In this document: positions 14,085 through 28,243 of the stretch, one piece after another
Layout of the letters: every line of letters starts with the position of its first letter
Position numbering within the stretch: position 1 is the stretch's first letter
From: Eledone cirrhosa
Lineage: Eukaryota
DNA: 64,000 nt
Reading direction: 5' to 3'
NCBI GenBank assembly: GCA_964016885.1
Contig: OZ024740.1
Location: 103,416,001-103,480,000, forward strand
The notes under the pieces: model-generated
What the model was told of the DNA's origin: nothing
The model's database searches: none
What the model saw: the letters and a program-made list of their open reading frames with translations, nothing else
Translations under genes and position numbers: made by a program

Positions 14085-14375
14085 ACGATATTAAATCAAC
14101 TGCCAAATCAACTTTTTCAAATACAAGTCGATGTTGAACGGTATGTCAAATCTATTTATCTATAAAACTGTCTATATTGTATTTTGTCTGAGGAAGGCAT
14201 AGCATATTGTTAATATGATATCCCTGAGATATATATAATGAAATAGATATGGTTTTATAAATATAGTTTCCATTTATTTAATATCGTAAATATACTCCAA
14301 ATACTTGTTGAGTGCTTTTATATCAGTTTAAATATTTACTAGTTGTAACCCAACAATTTAAATATAATTTTCCAT
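14085..14375 (+). mobile_element. Penelope-like pseudo-LTR fragment with a degenerate hammerhead (about 14180-14245)
   Basis: Homologous to 56500-56670, 60540-60690 and 61680-61785. CTGAGGA-AGG…CCT-GAGA has a mutated GAAA. Confidence 0.65.
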
Positions 14376-14465
14376 ATATTGTATATATATATATATATAT
14401 TGTATATATATATATATATTGTATATATGTATATATATAGTATAAATGTATATATATTTATATAT

Positions 14466-14499
<34 letters not shown>

Positions 14500-14739
14500 T
14501 TGTATATATATTTATATATTGTGTATATATTTATATATATATATATGTGTATATATATATATATTGTGTATATATATTGTATATATATATATATATATAT
14601 TGTGTATATATATATATAGATTGTATATATATATGTGTATATAGTATATATATATATATTGTATATATATGTATATATATATAGTATATATATATATATT
14701 GTATATATATGTATATATATATATTGTATATATATATAT

Positions 14740-14774
<35 letters not shown>

Positions 14775-14852
14775 TGTATATATATATTGTATATATATGT
14801 ATATATATATATATTGTATATATATATATATATATTGTATATATATATATAT

Positions 14853-14893
<41 letters not shown>

Positions 14894-15355
14894 ATCATCA
14901 TCATCATCATCAACGTTTAACGTCCGTGTTCCACGCTTGCATGGGTTTGGACGGGGGTAGTCCCACTTGAGGCAAGAGTGATTGTCTTGCTCGCATAAGA
15001 CTGTCTGGCAGGTTTTCTACAGTTGGATGCCCTTCCTAACACCAACCACATTTACAGTGTGGGTCTGGGAGGTTTTTACCGTGTTGCCTACACGGCCACA
15101 TTACAGCCTGGACTGTGTGTTTTTTTGTCGTGACACCTACACGATCTCATTTGTTTCGGCCTCGATGGCGCGGCACCAACATAACTTTACATAGAACGGG
15201 GTGGTGTGGATGGGGTGGGAGTGGTGGTGGTGGGACGGGGTGTATTTTGTTAGAGATGCCTACTGGCTGGAGTAGGTTTTACTATATATTTAGGTAAGGC
15301 GGGTCTTCTCTGTTACTGAGTACCGCCAAAGGTCTCGGTCCAGTGACATTGTCGT
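14894..15355 (-). mobile_element. 5'-truncated RTE LINE, family A
   Basis: (CAT)n tail and family A 3'UTR. Confidence 0.9.
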
Positions 15356-15420
15356 ATATATATATATATTGTATATATATATATGTGTGTGTATATATAT
15401 ATATATATTTATTTTATATA

Positions 15421-16443
15421 TTCAGGTTTGAGGTTCACCACTGGATAGAGCTGGTCAATTCCGTATGTTCAATCTCAATGTAATAATATAGAGAGTACTC
15501 AACGTAAAGCAGTTCAACCGTCTTTGTTTTTGTAGTTGGTGGTGCTATTACGGAGTTAAATATTATAATGAAATGACAGGAGGCTGGATTTGTGTAAATA
15601 CTTGAATCCTATTAAATATTAATTTTTTAACTTCATCCTATAAGTCTAAACAAAAATGTAACGTTCCAATCTTCTGCTCACACATTCTAACACTGACCCC
15701 CACTATATTTACCTCTGCTAAGATACGGGTCCCTTTGAAAAATTTGTTCGCGCCATTCCTGGCCTGACTATAGTCTGACATTATTATCGACCTTTCTTCA
15801 TCTTTCTTTCTATCTTTCTTCTTGTAGCCATAAACCCTGACTTTTCTCCTTCTTCCTTTTCTTCCTTCTCTTCTCCCTTCTTTCTGTCTTCCTCCCGCTC
15901 ACTTATCTTCCTTCTCCTTTTCGTTTGCCTATATTTGACCAGTAGTAGTTGTTAAGATACGGGTCCCTTAGAATAAAAATTTGTTCGCGACATTCCTGGC
16001 CTGACTGTAATACCGACCTTTCCTCTTTCTTTTTGTCTTTCTTCTTATAGCTGACATTAACCCTGGCTTCTCTTCTTCTTCCTTCACCCTTCTTCTCTCT
16101 TCTTTCTTTCTTTCTTTCTTTCTTTTTTCTTGTGGCATGATATTAACGCTAACTTATGTTCCTATCCCTTTCTATTTTCCTTTATTTGACCGGTAGTAGC
16201 ACACTGTAAGCTTTAGCCACGTCACTCGAGGGTGACCGGCAAAGGTAGAAGGTGCTAGATGGCGGTCGCCCCCAGGTCTTTGATTTTCAGCCCCATGGAT
16301 TTTATCTATTACATTCACGTATTATATTTCGAATACCTGATGATATCACCAGATTCATACGGAATCCGGTCATTCAAATGATCATAGTATAATAAACCTT
16401 TCCAGGATTTACACAAATCCAGCCTCCTGTCATTTCATTATAT
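15421..16443. repeat. Unclassified element with internal direct repeats and an inverted segment
   Basis: About 50-bp direct repeats at 15720 and 15953 (taagatacgggtccctt…ttcctggcctgact). About 36-bp inverted repeat at 15564-15599 versus 16407-16442. Confidence 0.6.
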
Positions 16444-16465
16444 TATATATTGTATATAAATATAT

Positions 16466-16503
<38 letters not shown>

Positions 16504-16527
16504 ATATATATATATATTGTATATATA

Positions 16528-18406
16528 TCATCATCATCATCATCAACGTTTAACGTCCGTGTTCCATGCTTGCATGGGTTTGGACGGGGGTAGTCCCACT
16601 TGAGGCAAGAGTGATTGTCTTGCTCGCATAGGACTGTCTGGCAGGTTTTCTACAGTTGGATGCCCTTCCTAACACCAACCACATTTACAGTGTGGGTCTG
16701 GGAGGTTTTTACCGTGTTGCCTACACGGCCACATTACAGCGTGGACTGTGTGTTTTTTTGTCGTGACACCTACACGATCTCATTTGTTTCGGCCTGGATG
16801 GCGCGGCACCAACATAACTTTACATAGAACGGGGTGGTGTGGATGGGGTGGGGTTGGTGGCGGGACAGGGTGTAGTTTGTTAGAGATGCCTACTGGCAAG
16901 GCGGGTCTTCTCTGTTACTGAGTACCGCCAAAGGTCTCGGTCCAGTGACATTGTCTTGGAGAGGTGTGTGTGTGTGAGGTCGGAGTTTATCAGCTCATCC
17001 CAGGTTTTTCTAGGTCTGCCTATTCCGTGGCTACCGTCTATCTTTATTGCCCTGCACCTTGTTATACAGCTATCGACTTTCATGCGCATCACGTGTCCAT
17101 ACCAACGCAGCCTTCTCTCGAGTAAACAACATCTAACCCCTCTTATCTCTAATTTTTTCCTTAGTTCGTTTATACTTTGCCGTTCACGTATATTACTGTT
17201 ACACATCCAGCGGAGCATGCAAGCTTCGTTCCTCTCTAGTCTGCGTATATCCTCTGCACACAATGCCCAGGTCTCACTACCATGCAACATTGCTGTTCGT
17301 ATGCAGGCATCGTACAACCTGCCTTTCATTTTTAGGGAGAACCCTTTAGCAGCTAATAGTGGTATAAGCTCTCTGAACTTTTTCCAACCAGTTCTGACTC
17401 TAGCTACAGTACTTTCAGAGCACCCTCCCCCACTGCTGATTTTATCGCCCAGGTAACGGAAGCTGTCCACTATTTCTATAGAACCCTCTGCGCAATTGAA
17501 AGAGCTAGTATTTTGTGGGCACTTGCTGCTACTTATTGCACCAGAACACCGGCCACATGTAAAATCTATGTTCTTAGTTAGCTTACCTGTGATCCCACTA
17601 CATCTTTTATGCACCCATACTTTGCATTTAGGACATAAAATGAAGTTTCTACCTACGCCTTTCCTACACACCGAGCACGACCATTTCCCAGAAGGGACCG
17701 CCGCCTTGTTTTCTTTCCTACAAACTAGAACTTTGGTCTTAGCCAGGTTAATTTTAAGTCCTTTTGACTCTAGGCCGTGCTTCCATGTTTGGAATTTCTT
17801 CTCTAGCTCGGCCATTGATTCCGCTATGAGTGTCAGGTCGTCTGCGTATAGGAGTTCCCATGGGCAGCCTGTCTTGAACTCCTCTGTTATAGCCTGAAGG
17901 GCAATAATAAATAGTAGGGGGCTGAGAACAGAGCCCTGATGGACGCCAACTTTTACGCTAAACTCTTCACTATATTCGTTGTTAATTCTAACCTTGCTGA
18001 CTGTTTCTTTATACATGGCTTGTATAGCCCTCACAAGCCATTCGTCAACGCCTAGTTTTCTAAGAGCCCACCAGATAATGGAGCGGGGGACTCTGTCGAA
18101 GGCTTTCTCCAGGTCGACAAAAGCTAAGTAGAGGGGTTTACCTTTAGCTAGGTACTTCTCCTGTAGTTGTCGTACTATGAAAAGAGCGTCTGTGGTGCTT
18201 TTGCCTGACACAAACCCGAACTGCATTTCATCTAGGTCAATTCTCTCTCTGATTAGTTGCGCTATTACTTTTTCCGTGACCTTCATGACCTGGTCGATTA
18301 ATTTAATGCCTCTATAGTTACTCCTATCTAGGGCGTCTCCTTTACCCTTATAACAGTTAACGATGATGCTGCTATGCCAGTCCTTCGGAACAACCCCATT
18401 CTGTAC
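16528..18406 (-). mobile_element. 5'-truncated RTE LINE family A with open RT-PHD-C-terminal ORF (16880-18286)
   Basis: Uninterrupted 468-aa ORF (QFGF, DLEKAFD, QGSVLSP, YADD) nearly identical to ORF 39839-42292. Confidence 0.95.
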
Positions 18407-18573
18407 ATATATATATATTGTATATATATATATACAATATATATATATATATACAATATATATATATATACATTATATATATATATATATACATTATATA
18501 TATATATATACATTATATATATATATATACATTATATATATATATATATATATACATTATATATATATATATA

Positions 18574-19832
18574 TCATCATCATCATCATCAACGTTTAAC
18601 GTCCGTGTTCCACGCTTGCATGGGTTTGGACGGGGGTAGTCCCACTTGAGGCAAGAGTGATTGTCTTGCTCGCATAGGACTGTCTGGCAGGTTTTCTACA
18701 GTTGGATGCCCTTCCTAACACCAACCACATTTACAGTGTGGGTCTGGGAGGTTTTTACCGTGTTGCCTACACGGCCACATTACAGCGTGGACTGTGTGTT
18801 TTTTTGTCGTGACACCTACACGATCTCATTTGTTTCGGCCTCGATGGCGCGGCACCAACATAACTTTACATAGAACGGGGTGGTGTGGATGGGGTGGGGG
18901 TGGTGGCGGGACGGGGTGTAGTTTGTTAGAGATGCCTACTGGCAAGGCGGGTCTTCTCTGTTACTGAGTACCGCCAAAGGTCACGGTCCAGTGACATTGT
19001 CTTGGAGAGGTGTAAGTGTGTGAGGTCGGAGTTTATCAGCTCATCCCATGTTTTTCTAGGTCTGCCTAGTCCGTGGCTACCGTCTATCTTTATTGCCCTG
19101 CACTTTGTAATACAGCTATCGACTTTCATGCGCATCACGTGTCCATACCAACGCAGCCTTCTCTCGAGTAAACAACATCTGATCCCTCTTATCTCTAATT
19201 TTTTCCTTAGTTCGTTTATGCTTTGCCGTTCACGTATATTACTGTTACACATCCAGCGGAGCATGCAAGCTTCGTTCCTCTCTAGTCTGCGTATATCCTC
19301 TGCACACAATGCCCAGGTCTCACTACCATGCAACATTGCTGTTCGTATGCAGGCATCGTACAACCTGCCTTTCATTTTTAGGGAGAACCCTTTAGCAGCT
19401 AATAGTGGTATAAGCTCTCTGAACTTTTTCCAACCAGTTCTGACTCTAGCTACAGTACTTTCAGAGCACCCTCCCCCACTGCTGATTTTATCGCCCAGGT
19501 AACGGAAGCTGTCCACTATTTCTATAGAACCCTCTGCGCAATTGAAAGAGCTAGTATTTTGTGGGCACTTGCTGCTACTTATTGCACCAGAACACCGGCC
19601 ACATGTAAAGTCTATGTTCTTAGTTAGCTTACCTGTGATCCCACTACATCTTTTATGCACCCATACTTTGCATTTAGGACATAAGATGGAGTTTCTACCT
19701 ACGCCTTTCCTACATACCGAGCACGACCATTTCCCAGAAGGGACCGCCGCCTTGTTTTCTTTCCTACAAACTAGAACTTTGGTCTTAGCCAGGTTAATTT
19801 TAAGTCCTTTTGACTCTAGGCCGTGCTTCCAT
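18574..19832 (-). mobile_element. 5'-truncated RTE LINE family A
   Basis: ORF 18926-19660 is near-identical to the C-terminus of the other copies. (CAT)n tail. Confidence 0.95.
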
Positions 19833-19848
19833 ATATATATATATATAC

Positions 19849-20003
<155 letters not shown>

Positions 20004-20043
20004 TATATATATATATATATACATTATATATATATATATATAC

Positions 20044-20077
<34 letters not shown>

Positions 20078-20095
20078 TTATATATATATATACAT

Positions 20096-20204
<109 letters not shown>

Positions 20205-20352
20205 CATTATATATATATATATACACATTATATATATATACACATTATATATATATATATATACATTATATATATATACATATATACATTATATATATAT
20301 ATACATTATATATATATATATATATATACATTATATATATATATACATTATA

Positions 20353-20387
<35 letters not shown>

Positions 20388-20400
20388 TATATATATATAT

Positions 20401-21405
20401 ACATTATTTATTTACACCAAATGTATAGAAATTTGATCTATTTTCTTGCAATGGTTTTGATATATTTCCAACATAATTTTTCCAATATAATTTAGTTCTG
20501 TACAATATTTTTTTTCTCACCCTGACTGTAAATCTATATGATTTGTTAAGTTATATGCCATTATATTATAATATTGTGATTTTAGTTGTTATTGTAACAT
20601 TTATATTGTTTGTGCAAATTAACCGGAGATTATCTATTATATTATTATATAATTATATAGTTTATTATATATTTTATGCTTACTTTTAATCATTTATTCT
20701 TCATTTTATACTGTAAATATTATATGCATTATATTTTAATTTTATTTTCATTTGTATTTTTCATTTGTATTTTTATTTTTATTATTATTATTCTTATTTA
20801 TATTTAAACTCTTGATAAGGGTTAGTTTGTGCTTCTATTGATAGAAATGTGTATTGATATATATGTATGTGTGTGTATATATATATATATGTGTGTATAT
20901 GTGTGTATATATATATGTATATTGGGCCTTTTAACATTATTATTATTATCATTATTAATTATATTATATTATATTATATTATGTATAGTACAATAATTCC
21001 CGCTCTATATCACCACCTCTGTTTTAACTCTAGTTTTTGCATTGGACTATATTTGTAATATGGTTCAAAATGTTACTTCCTTAGCAATTAGCACTTGATA
21101 ATTTTTTACTTGATGATTTTTACCCGATTATTTTCCTATGATTTAATCTATGTACACTCCATATTCTTCTGAGTTTTCGGCTTGTATTGGCTGATAGTGC
21201 TTCTTATAGCTTTAATTGCCCTGACGAGTCCTTAATAGGACGAAACATTGTTGGCTAATAAAGTCTTTTGATGTATTGAAGGCTTCTTTGATTTATTTTC
21301 ATAATTCTTCGGCTCTGTTTAATTACGTTGAGTTATACCTTTACTGTCATTTCTATAATACGAAGAGGGTGTTTAACTCCAACACACTCTAGTATTTCAA
21401 TTCTA
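20401..21405 (+). mobile_element. Penelope-like 3'UTR/pseudo-LTR (copy 1)
   Basis: AT-rich segment containing a hammerhead. Near-identical inverted copy at about 33500-34505. Confidence 0.7.
21210..21263 (+). ncRNA. Minimal type I hammerhead ribozyme
   Basis: CTTTAATTGCC-CTGACGA-GTCC-TTAATA-GGAC-GAAA-CATTG-TT-GGCTAATAAAG. Perfect 4-bp stem II, imperfect stem I. Confidence 0.75.
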
Positions 21406-21681
21406 CATACATATATATATGTATGTAGATATATATATATATATCTACATACATATTTATATATATCTACATACATATATATATATCTACATACATATAT
21501 ATATATCTACATACATATATATATATATCTACATACATATATATATCTAAATACATATATATATCTACATACATATATATATCTACATACATATATATAT
21601 CTACATACATACATATATACATACATACATATATACATATATACATATATATACATTCATATATATATATACATACATATA

Positions 21682-21713
<32 letters not shown>

Positions 21714-21727
21714 CATATACATACATA

Positions 21728-21813
<86 letters not shown>

Positions 21814-22060
21814 CATATATACATACATATATATACATACATACATATATACATACATACATACATATATACATACATACATATACATACATATATATAT
21901 ATATATACACATATATATATATATACATACATATATATATATATATATACACATATATATATATACATACACACACATATATATATATACACACATATAT
22001 ATATATATATACACACACACATATATATATATATACACATACATATATATATATATATAT

Positions 22061-22092
<32 letters not shown>

Positions 22093-22189
22093 ACATACAT
22101 ATATATATATATATATACACATACATATATATATATACACATACATATATATATATATATATACACATACATATATATATATATATATA

Positions 22190-23245
22190 CTTATTCATAT
22201 ATAGGAGCTACTTCTAACCAATTTAAAGTAAGATTTAATACCCACAAACACAGTTTTAAAAATGCCACATTAGCTAATACATCCTTGGCTGAAATAATTA
22301 ATAATTATAGAAAAAAGAATATCGATTATAACCTGACCTGGAGTGTGCTCAAAAGGGCCACCCCTTATCAAAATAACAGATATGAGTGTAGATTATGTTC
22401 CCAGGAACTTTTTGAAATAATGAAATCTAAGGATATCCTATTAAATAAGCGACAAGGATTAATTATATCTTGCAATCATAGAATTAGAAGAACTTTCAAA
22501 TATTATAAACCTAATTAATATACACTTATATTTTACAAATTATTATAATTAGTTTTTTTTAAATTTAGTTAACCTATAATTAGTATTTTACTACTGAGAA
22601 CTTCATAATTTTATTTCCCTTTTACAGTTATCTTTTCCTAAAATGAATACCTATAAGTATACATATAAACTATTTTAATTTCCTGTTATGAATCTAAATT
22701 CCTTGTAGTCTATATAAGTTTGTTATTTCTCACTAATACATTTATCCCCCCCAAAAAATTTTTTCCTTCGTTTTTAACAACATTCTTTAATAACATCTCT
22801 TATTTATCACATCTATATAAATTAATATAAATTTATCCCTATAAGTATAACTACCAATTAAATTAATTTAATTTCTTTTTATAGATCTAAATTCCTTATG
22901 TTTTAAATAAGATTGGTATTTCTCACTAACACATTTATCCTAAAATTTTATTCTCCTTCGATTTTAACATTAGCATTATTCTTTAATAATATCAAATTTT
23001 CGTGAACCTTTCACCGGCTTGAACCTTTCATCCCCAAAATAATCTTTTCATTCAAAATATTCTTTCCATTCAAAACTGAAGTCTGCATTCCTCTACCCCT
23101 AAATTAAATTTCTACTACTACTATTCTATCAACTTGACCACTTACTACTTTTCTATTGGTCAATTCAAAACCTGTTCCCAAACAGACTTATTATATTAAA
23201 TCTTTGTTTTTTTTTTTCAATAAACAAATATTATTTCTAAAGACA
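22190..23245 (+). mobile_element. 5'-truncated Penelope-like element (GIY-YIG C-terminus 22190-22518 plus AT-rich 3'UTR)
   Basis: [21 protein letters not shown]…LTWSVL…CRLCSQE…CNH motifs match the other two Penelope ORFs. Confidence 0.85.
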
Positions 23246-23549
23246 GCCTTCAAATCCCGCTGACGTTGACTTTGCCTTTCATCCTTACGGGGTCGGGTCG
23301 ATAAAATAAAGTACCAGTAATGCACTGGATGATTCCTGGCCTTGTGCCTAAAGTAGAAACAATTATTTCTGAAAACAGCATATATATGTGTAGGTATGTA
23401 TATTCCCTCTGATAGTTTGTAAATTTTTTACATAGATCTATATGATATACATACCAACACACACATAGATATCCTACAAACGATTGTAAAATGATGAATT
23501 TTTTAATATAAAGAACTGTTTCTTTGTTTTTATTAATTTATCTTGACTA

Positions 23550-25352
23550 AAGGTAAAGGGGATGCTCTAGATGGGGGAAACTATAGAGGCATTAAGTTAG
23601 TTGACCAGGTCATGAAGGTCACAGAAAGAGTTATAGCGCAACTAATCAGAGAGTGAATTGATCTAGATGAAATGCAGTTTGGGTTTGTGTCAGGTAAAAG
23701 TACCACAGACGCTCTTTTCCTTGTACGACAACTACAAGAGAAGTACCTAGCTAAAAGTAAACCCCTCTACTTAGCTTTTGTAGACCTGGAGAAAGCTTTT
23801 GACAGAGTCCCCCGCGCCATTATCTGGTGGGCTCTTAGAAAACTAGGTGTAGATGAATGGCTTGTGAGAGCTATACAAGCTATGTATAATGAAACAGTCT
23901 GTAAGGTTAGAATTAACAATGAATATTGTGAAGAATTTAGTGTAAAAGTTGGAGTTCATCAAGGCTCTATCCTTAGCCCCCTCTTATTTATTATTGCCAT
24001 TCAGGCTATCACAGGGGAGTTCGAGACCAGCTGCCATTGGTAACTCCTATACGCAAATGATCTAACGCTCATAGCCGAATCGATGGCTGAACTAGAGAAG
24101 AAATTCCAAACATGGAAGCATGGCCTAGAATCAAAAGGCCTTAAAGTTAACTCGTCTAAGACTAAAGTTCTAGTATGTAGAAAGGAAAATAGAGCACAGG
24201 TGCCCTCAGGGAAATGGCTATGCTCAGTGTGTAGGAAAGAGTAGGCAGAAATTCCATTTTATGTCCCAAATGCAAAGTATGGGTACATAAAAGATGTAGT
24301 TGGATCACAGGTAAACTATCTAAGAACGTAGACTTTATATGTGGCCAATGCTCAGGTGCAATGAATAGCAAGTGTCCAAAGGATACTAGCTCCTTCTATT
24401 GCCCAGATGGTTCTATAGAAATAGTAGACACTTTCCGTTACCTGGGTGACAAAATCAGCAGTGGTGGAGGGTGTTCTGAAAGTACAGTAGCCAGAGTCAG
24501 AACGGGATGGAAAAAGTTCAGAGAGCTTATACCGCTGTTGGCCACAAAAGGTTTGTCTCTAAAAATGAAAGGCAGATTGTATGATGCCTGTATACGAACA
24601 GCAATGCTACATGGCAGTGAGAGATGGGCATTACGTGCAGAGGACCTACGTAGACTGGAAAGGAACGAAGCATGCATGCTCCGTTGGATGTGTAATAGTA
24701 ATATACGTGAACGGCAAAGCATAAAGGAACTAAGTGAGAAATTAGGAATAAGAGGGATCAGATGCTGTTTACTTGAGAGAAAACTACGTTGGTATGGTCA
24801 TGTGACGCGCATAAAAGACGACAGCTGCATAAAAAAGTGCAGGGCTATCAAAATTGATGGTAATTACGGAGTAGGTAGACCCAGAAAAACCTGGGATGAT
24901 CTGATAAATTCCGACCTCACACACTTGCATCTCTCTAAGACAATGTCTCTGGACCGAGATCTTTGGCGCTACACAGTAATACAGAAGACCCGCCTTGCCT
25001 ATGTACAGTAGGCACCTCTTAACCAAATATACACCCCAATCTACTACCCCTACTCTATCCTCCCACTCCCACCAACAGCACAAGAAAATGAGATCGAGTT
25101 TGTGTAGGTGTCACGACAAAAAAAACACACAGTCCACGCTGTAATGTGGCCGTGTAGGTAACGCGGTAAAAAGTTCCCAGTTCCACACTGTAAATGTGGT
25201 TGGTGTTAGGAAGGGCATCCAGCCGTAGAAAACCTGCCAGATAGTCCTATATGAGCGAGACACGGTCACCCGACCAGCCTTGCCTCAAGTGGGACAACTC
25301 CCGTCTAACCAATGCTAGCGTGGAAAATGGACGTTCAACGATGATGATGATG
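23550..25352 (+). pseudogene. RTE LINE, older family A relative, 5'-truncated with stops
   Basis: ORF pieces 23672-24043 and 24361-25011. (GAT)n tail at about 25340. Confidence 0.9.
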
Positions 25353-25653
25353 TGTGTATATGTATATATATATATATATGTGTGTATGTGCGTGAGTGTG
25401 TACGTACTTATGCGTATGGTTTAACTTTATAGTTTTTATATTTTTATCTTTAAGAAATTTTTATACTGTGTGTGTATGTGGTTGTATGCATTTATGTGTG
25501 CGTGTATATGTATTTGTATGTATATACTCTTTTGTGTCTGTGCTGTGTTTATATGTATGGGGTGTGCTTATATATTTATATGTATGTATATGTGTGTGTA
25601 TATATGTATATATGTGTGTGTGTATGTACACATTTATATATATATATACACAC

Positions 25654-26613
25654 ATCATCATCATCAACGTTTAACGTCCGTGTTCCACGCTTGCATGGGT
25701 TTGGACGGGGGTAGTCCCACTTGAGGCAAGAGTGATTGTCTTGCTCGCATAGGACTGTCTGGCAGGTTTTCTACAGTTGGATGCCCTTCCTAACACCAAC
25801 CACATTTACAGTGTGGGTCTGGGAGGTTTTTACCATGTTGCCTACACAGCCACATTACAGCGTGGACTGTGTATTTTTTTGTCGTGACACCTACACGATC
25901 TCATTTGTTTCGGCCTGGATGGCGCGGCACCAACATAACTTTACATAGAACGGGGTGGTGTGGATGGGGTGGTGGTGGGACGGGGTGTATTTTGTTAGAG
26001 ATGCCTACTGGCAAGGCGGGTCTTCTCTGTTACTGAGTACCGCCAAAGGTCTCGGTCCAGTGACATTGTCTTGGAGAGGTGTAAGTGTGTGAGGTCGGAG
26101 TTTATCAGCTCGTCCCAGGTTTTTCTAGGTCTGCCTATTCCGTGGCTACCGTCTATCTTTATTGCCCTGCACTTTGTTATACAGCTATCGACTTTCATGC
26201 GCATCACGTGTCCATACCAACGTAGCCTTCTCTCGAGTAAACAACATCTGATCCCTCTTATCTCTAATTTTTTCCTTAGTTCGTTTATGCTTTGCCGTTC
26301 ACGTATATTACTGTTACACATCCAGCGGAGCATGCAAGCTTCGTTCCTCTCTAGTCTGCGTATATCCTCTGCACACAATGCCCAGGTCTCACTGCCATGC
26401 AACATTGCTGTTCGTATGCAGGCATCGTACAACCTGCCTTTCATTTTTAGGGAGAACCCTTTAGCGGCTAATAGTGGTATAAGCTCTCTGAACTTTTTCC
26501 ATCCAGTTCTGACTCTAGCTACTGTACTTTCAGAGCACCCTCCCCCACTGCTGATTTTGTCACCCAGGTAACGGAAGCTGTCCACTATTTCTATAGAACC
26601 CTCTGCGCAGTTG
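25654..26613 (-). mobile_element. 5'-truncated RTE LINE family A
   Basis: C-terminal ORF ending RLASRHL. (CAT)n tail. Confidence 0.95.
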
Positions 26614-26644
26614 TATATATATATATATATTGTATATATATATA

Positions 26645-26990
26645 GAAGGCACACGGCTTAGTGGTTAGAGCATTGGCCTTGCAATCAAAAGGTTGTGAGT
26701 TCAATTCTCAGACCGGGTGATGTGTTGTTTCCTTGAGGAAGACAGTTTATTTCACATTGCTCCAGTTTACTCAGCTGTAGAAATGAGATGATAGGACTGG
26801 GGTCCCTATCATTCCACTACACAGTGGTTGTGCAGGTGCCACAGCAAAAAAAAAGCACCCAGCACTCACTGTAAATGAGGTTGGTGTTAGGAAGGGCATC
26901 CAGCTGTAGAAATCAAACCAGCATCAGTTCCCGTCCCACCCTTGCAAGCAGGGAAAAAGTGGACGTAAAATGAAATGATGATGAATGATA
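26645..26990 (+). mobile_element. tRNA-derived SINE (Meta-like central domain, RTE-derived tail)
   Basis: A box GGCTTAGTGG, B box GTTCAATTC, ccttga…ttatttcacattgctccagt domain, and a family B LINE 3' end. Confidence 0.85.
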
Positions 26991-27290
26991 TCATTTCATC
27001 ATTTTCATCATTTCATTTTACGTCCACTTTTCCCTGCTTGCAAGGGTGGGACGGGAACTGATGCTGGCTTGATTTCTACAGCTGGATGCCCTTCCTAACA
27101 CCAACCTCATTTGCAGTGGAATGATAGGGACCCCAGTCTTTATCATCTCATTTCTACAGCTGAGTAAACTGGAGCAATGTGAAATAAAGTGTCTTGCTCA
27201 AGGAAACAACACATCACCCGATCTGAGAATTGAACTCACAATCTTTTGATTGCAAGGCCAATGCTCTAACCACTAAGCCATGTGCCTTCT
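26991..27290 (-). mobile_element. tRNA-derived SINE, same family, tail-to-tail with the previous copy
   Basis: Reverse complement of 26645-26990 with an internal deletion. Confidence 0.85.
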
Positions 27291-27318
27291 ATATTTATAT
27301 ACAATATATATATATACA

Positions 27319-27990
27319 ATGAACGGCAAAGCATAAACGAACTCAGGAAAAAATTAGAAATAAGAGGGATCAGATGTTGTTTACTCGAGAGAAGGCTACG
27401 TTCGTATGGTCACGTGATGCGCATGAAAGACGACAGCTGTATAACAAAGTGCAGGGCAATAAAGATAGACGGTAGCCACGGAGTAGGCAGACCCAGAAAA
27501 ACCTGGGACGACCTGATAAATTCCGACCTCACACTCTTACACCTCTCCAAGACAATGTCACTGGACCGAGATCTTTGGCGGTACTCAGTAATAGAGAAGA
27601 CCCGCCTTACCTAAATACAAAGTAAAACCTACTACAGTCAGTAGCCATCTCTAACAAAATACACCCCGTCCCACCATCCCCACCGCCCCTCTCAATGTTA
27701 AGTTATGTTGGTGCCACAACATCCAGGCCGAAAAAAATGAGATCGTGTAGGTGTCACGACAAAAAAACACACAGTCCACGACGTAATGTGGCCGTGTAGG
27801 CAACACGGTAAAAACCTCCCAGCCCCACACTGTAAATGTGGTTGGTGTTAGGAAGGGCATCCAGCTGTAGAAAACCCGCCTGACAGTCCTATGCGAGCAA
27901 GACAACCACTCTTGCCTCAAGTGGGAAAACTCCCGTCCAAACCCATGCAAGCGTGGAACATGGACGTTAAACGATGATGATGATGATGAC
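27319..27990 (+). mobile_element. 5'-truncated RTE LINE family A
   Basis: C-terminal ORF to 27614, 3'UTR and (GAT)n tail. Confidence 0.92.
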
Positions 27991-28243
27991 AATATATATA
28001 TATATATATGTTGTATATGTACGGCAACACTCATCTTTTTCCATTTCTCCCAGGGTTATAAACCCCACTATCAGGCTAGAAATTCCTTTAGTCTAAAATA
28101 CGGTGAAAGCTTATAATTTCTAATTTCAAACTCGCGCACCCTTTCAAAAACATACTTCCATGTTTACGTTTATAATTTGCTTGTATATATATATATATAT
28201 TGTATATATGTGTATATATATATATATATAATGTATATATATA

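Noticed and set aside
16330-16415. Possible hammerhead starting CTGATGA
   Set aside because: No intact GAAA and no convincing stem I. At best a decayed motif.
16956-17897. Recurrent antisense ORFs (MERCK…, MKELVFCG…, MSCSHRTVW…)
   Set aside because: They are shadows of the RTE ORF or 3'UTR and recur only because the element is repeated.
22650-22945. Degenerate direct repeat with about 190-bp spacing
   Set aside because: An ordinary old duplication in an AT-rich Penelope 3'UTR, with no further structure seen.
26645-26715. tRNA-like sequence with A and B boxes
   Set aside because: No proper acceptor stem, and it continues into a SINE body and LINE tail. It is a SINE head, not a tRNA gene.
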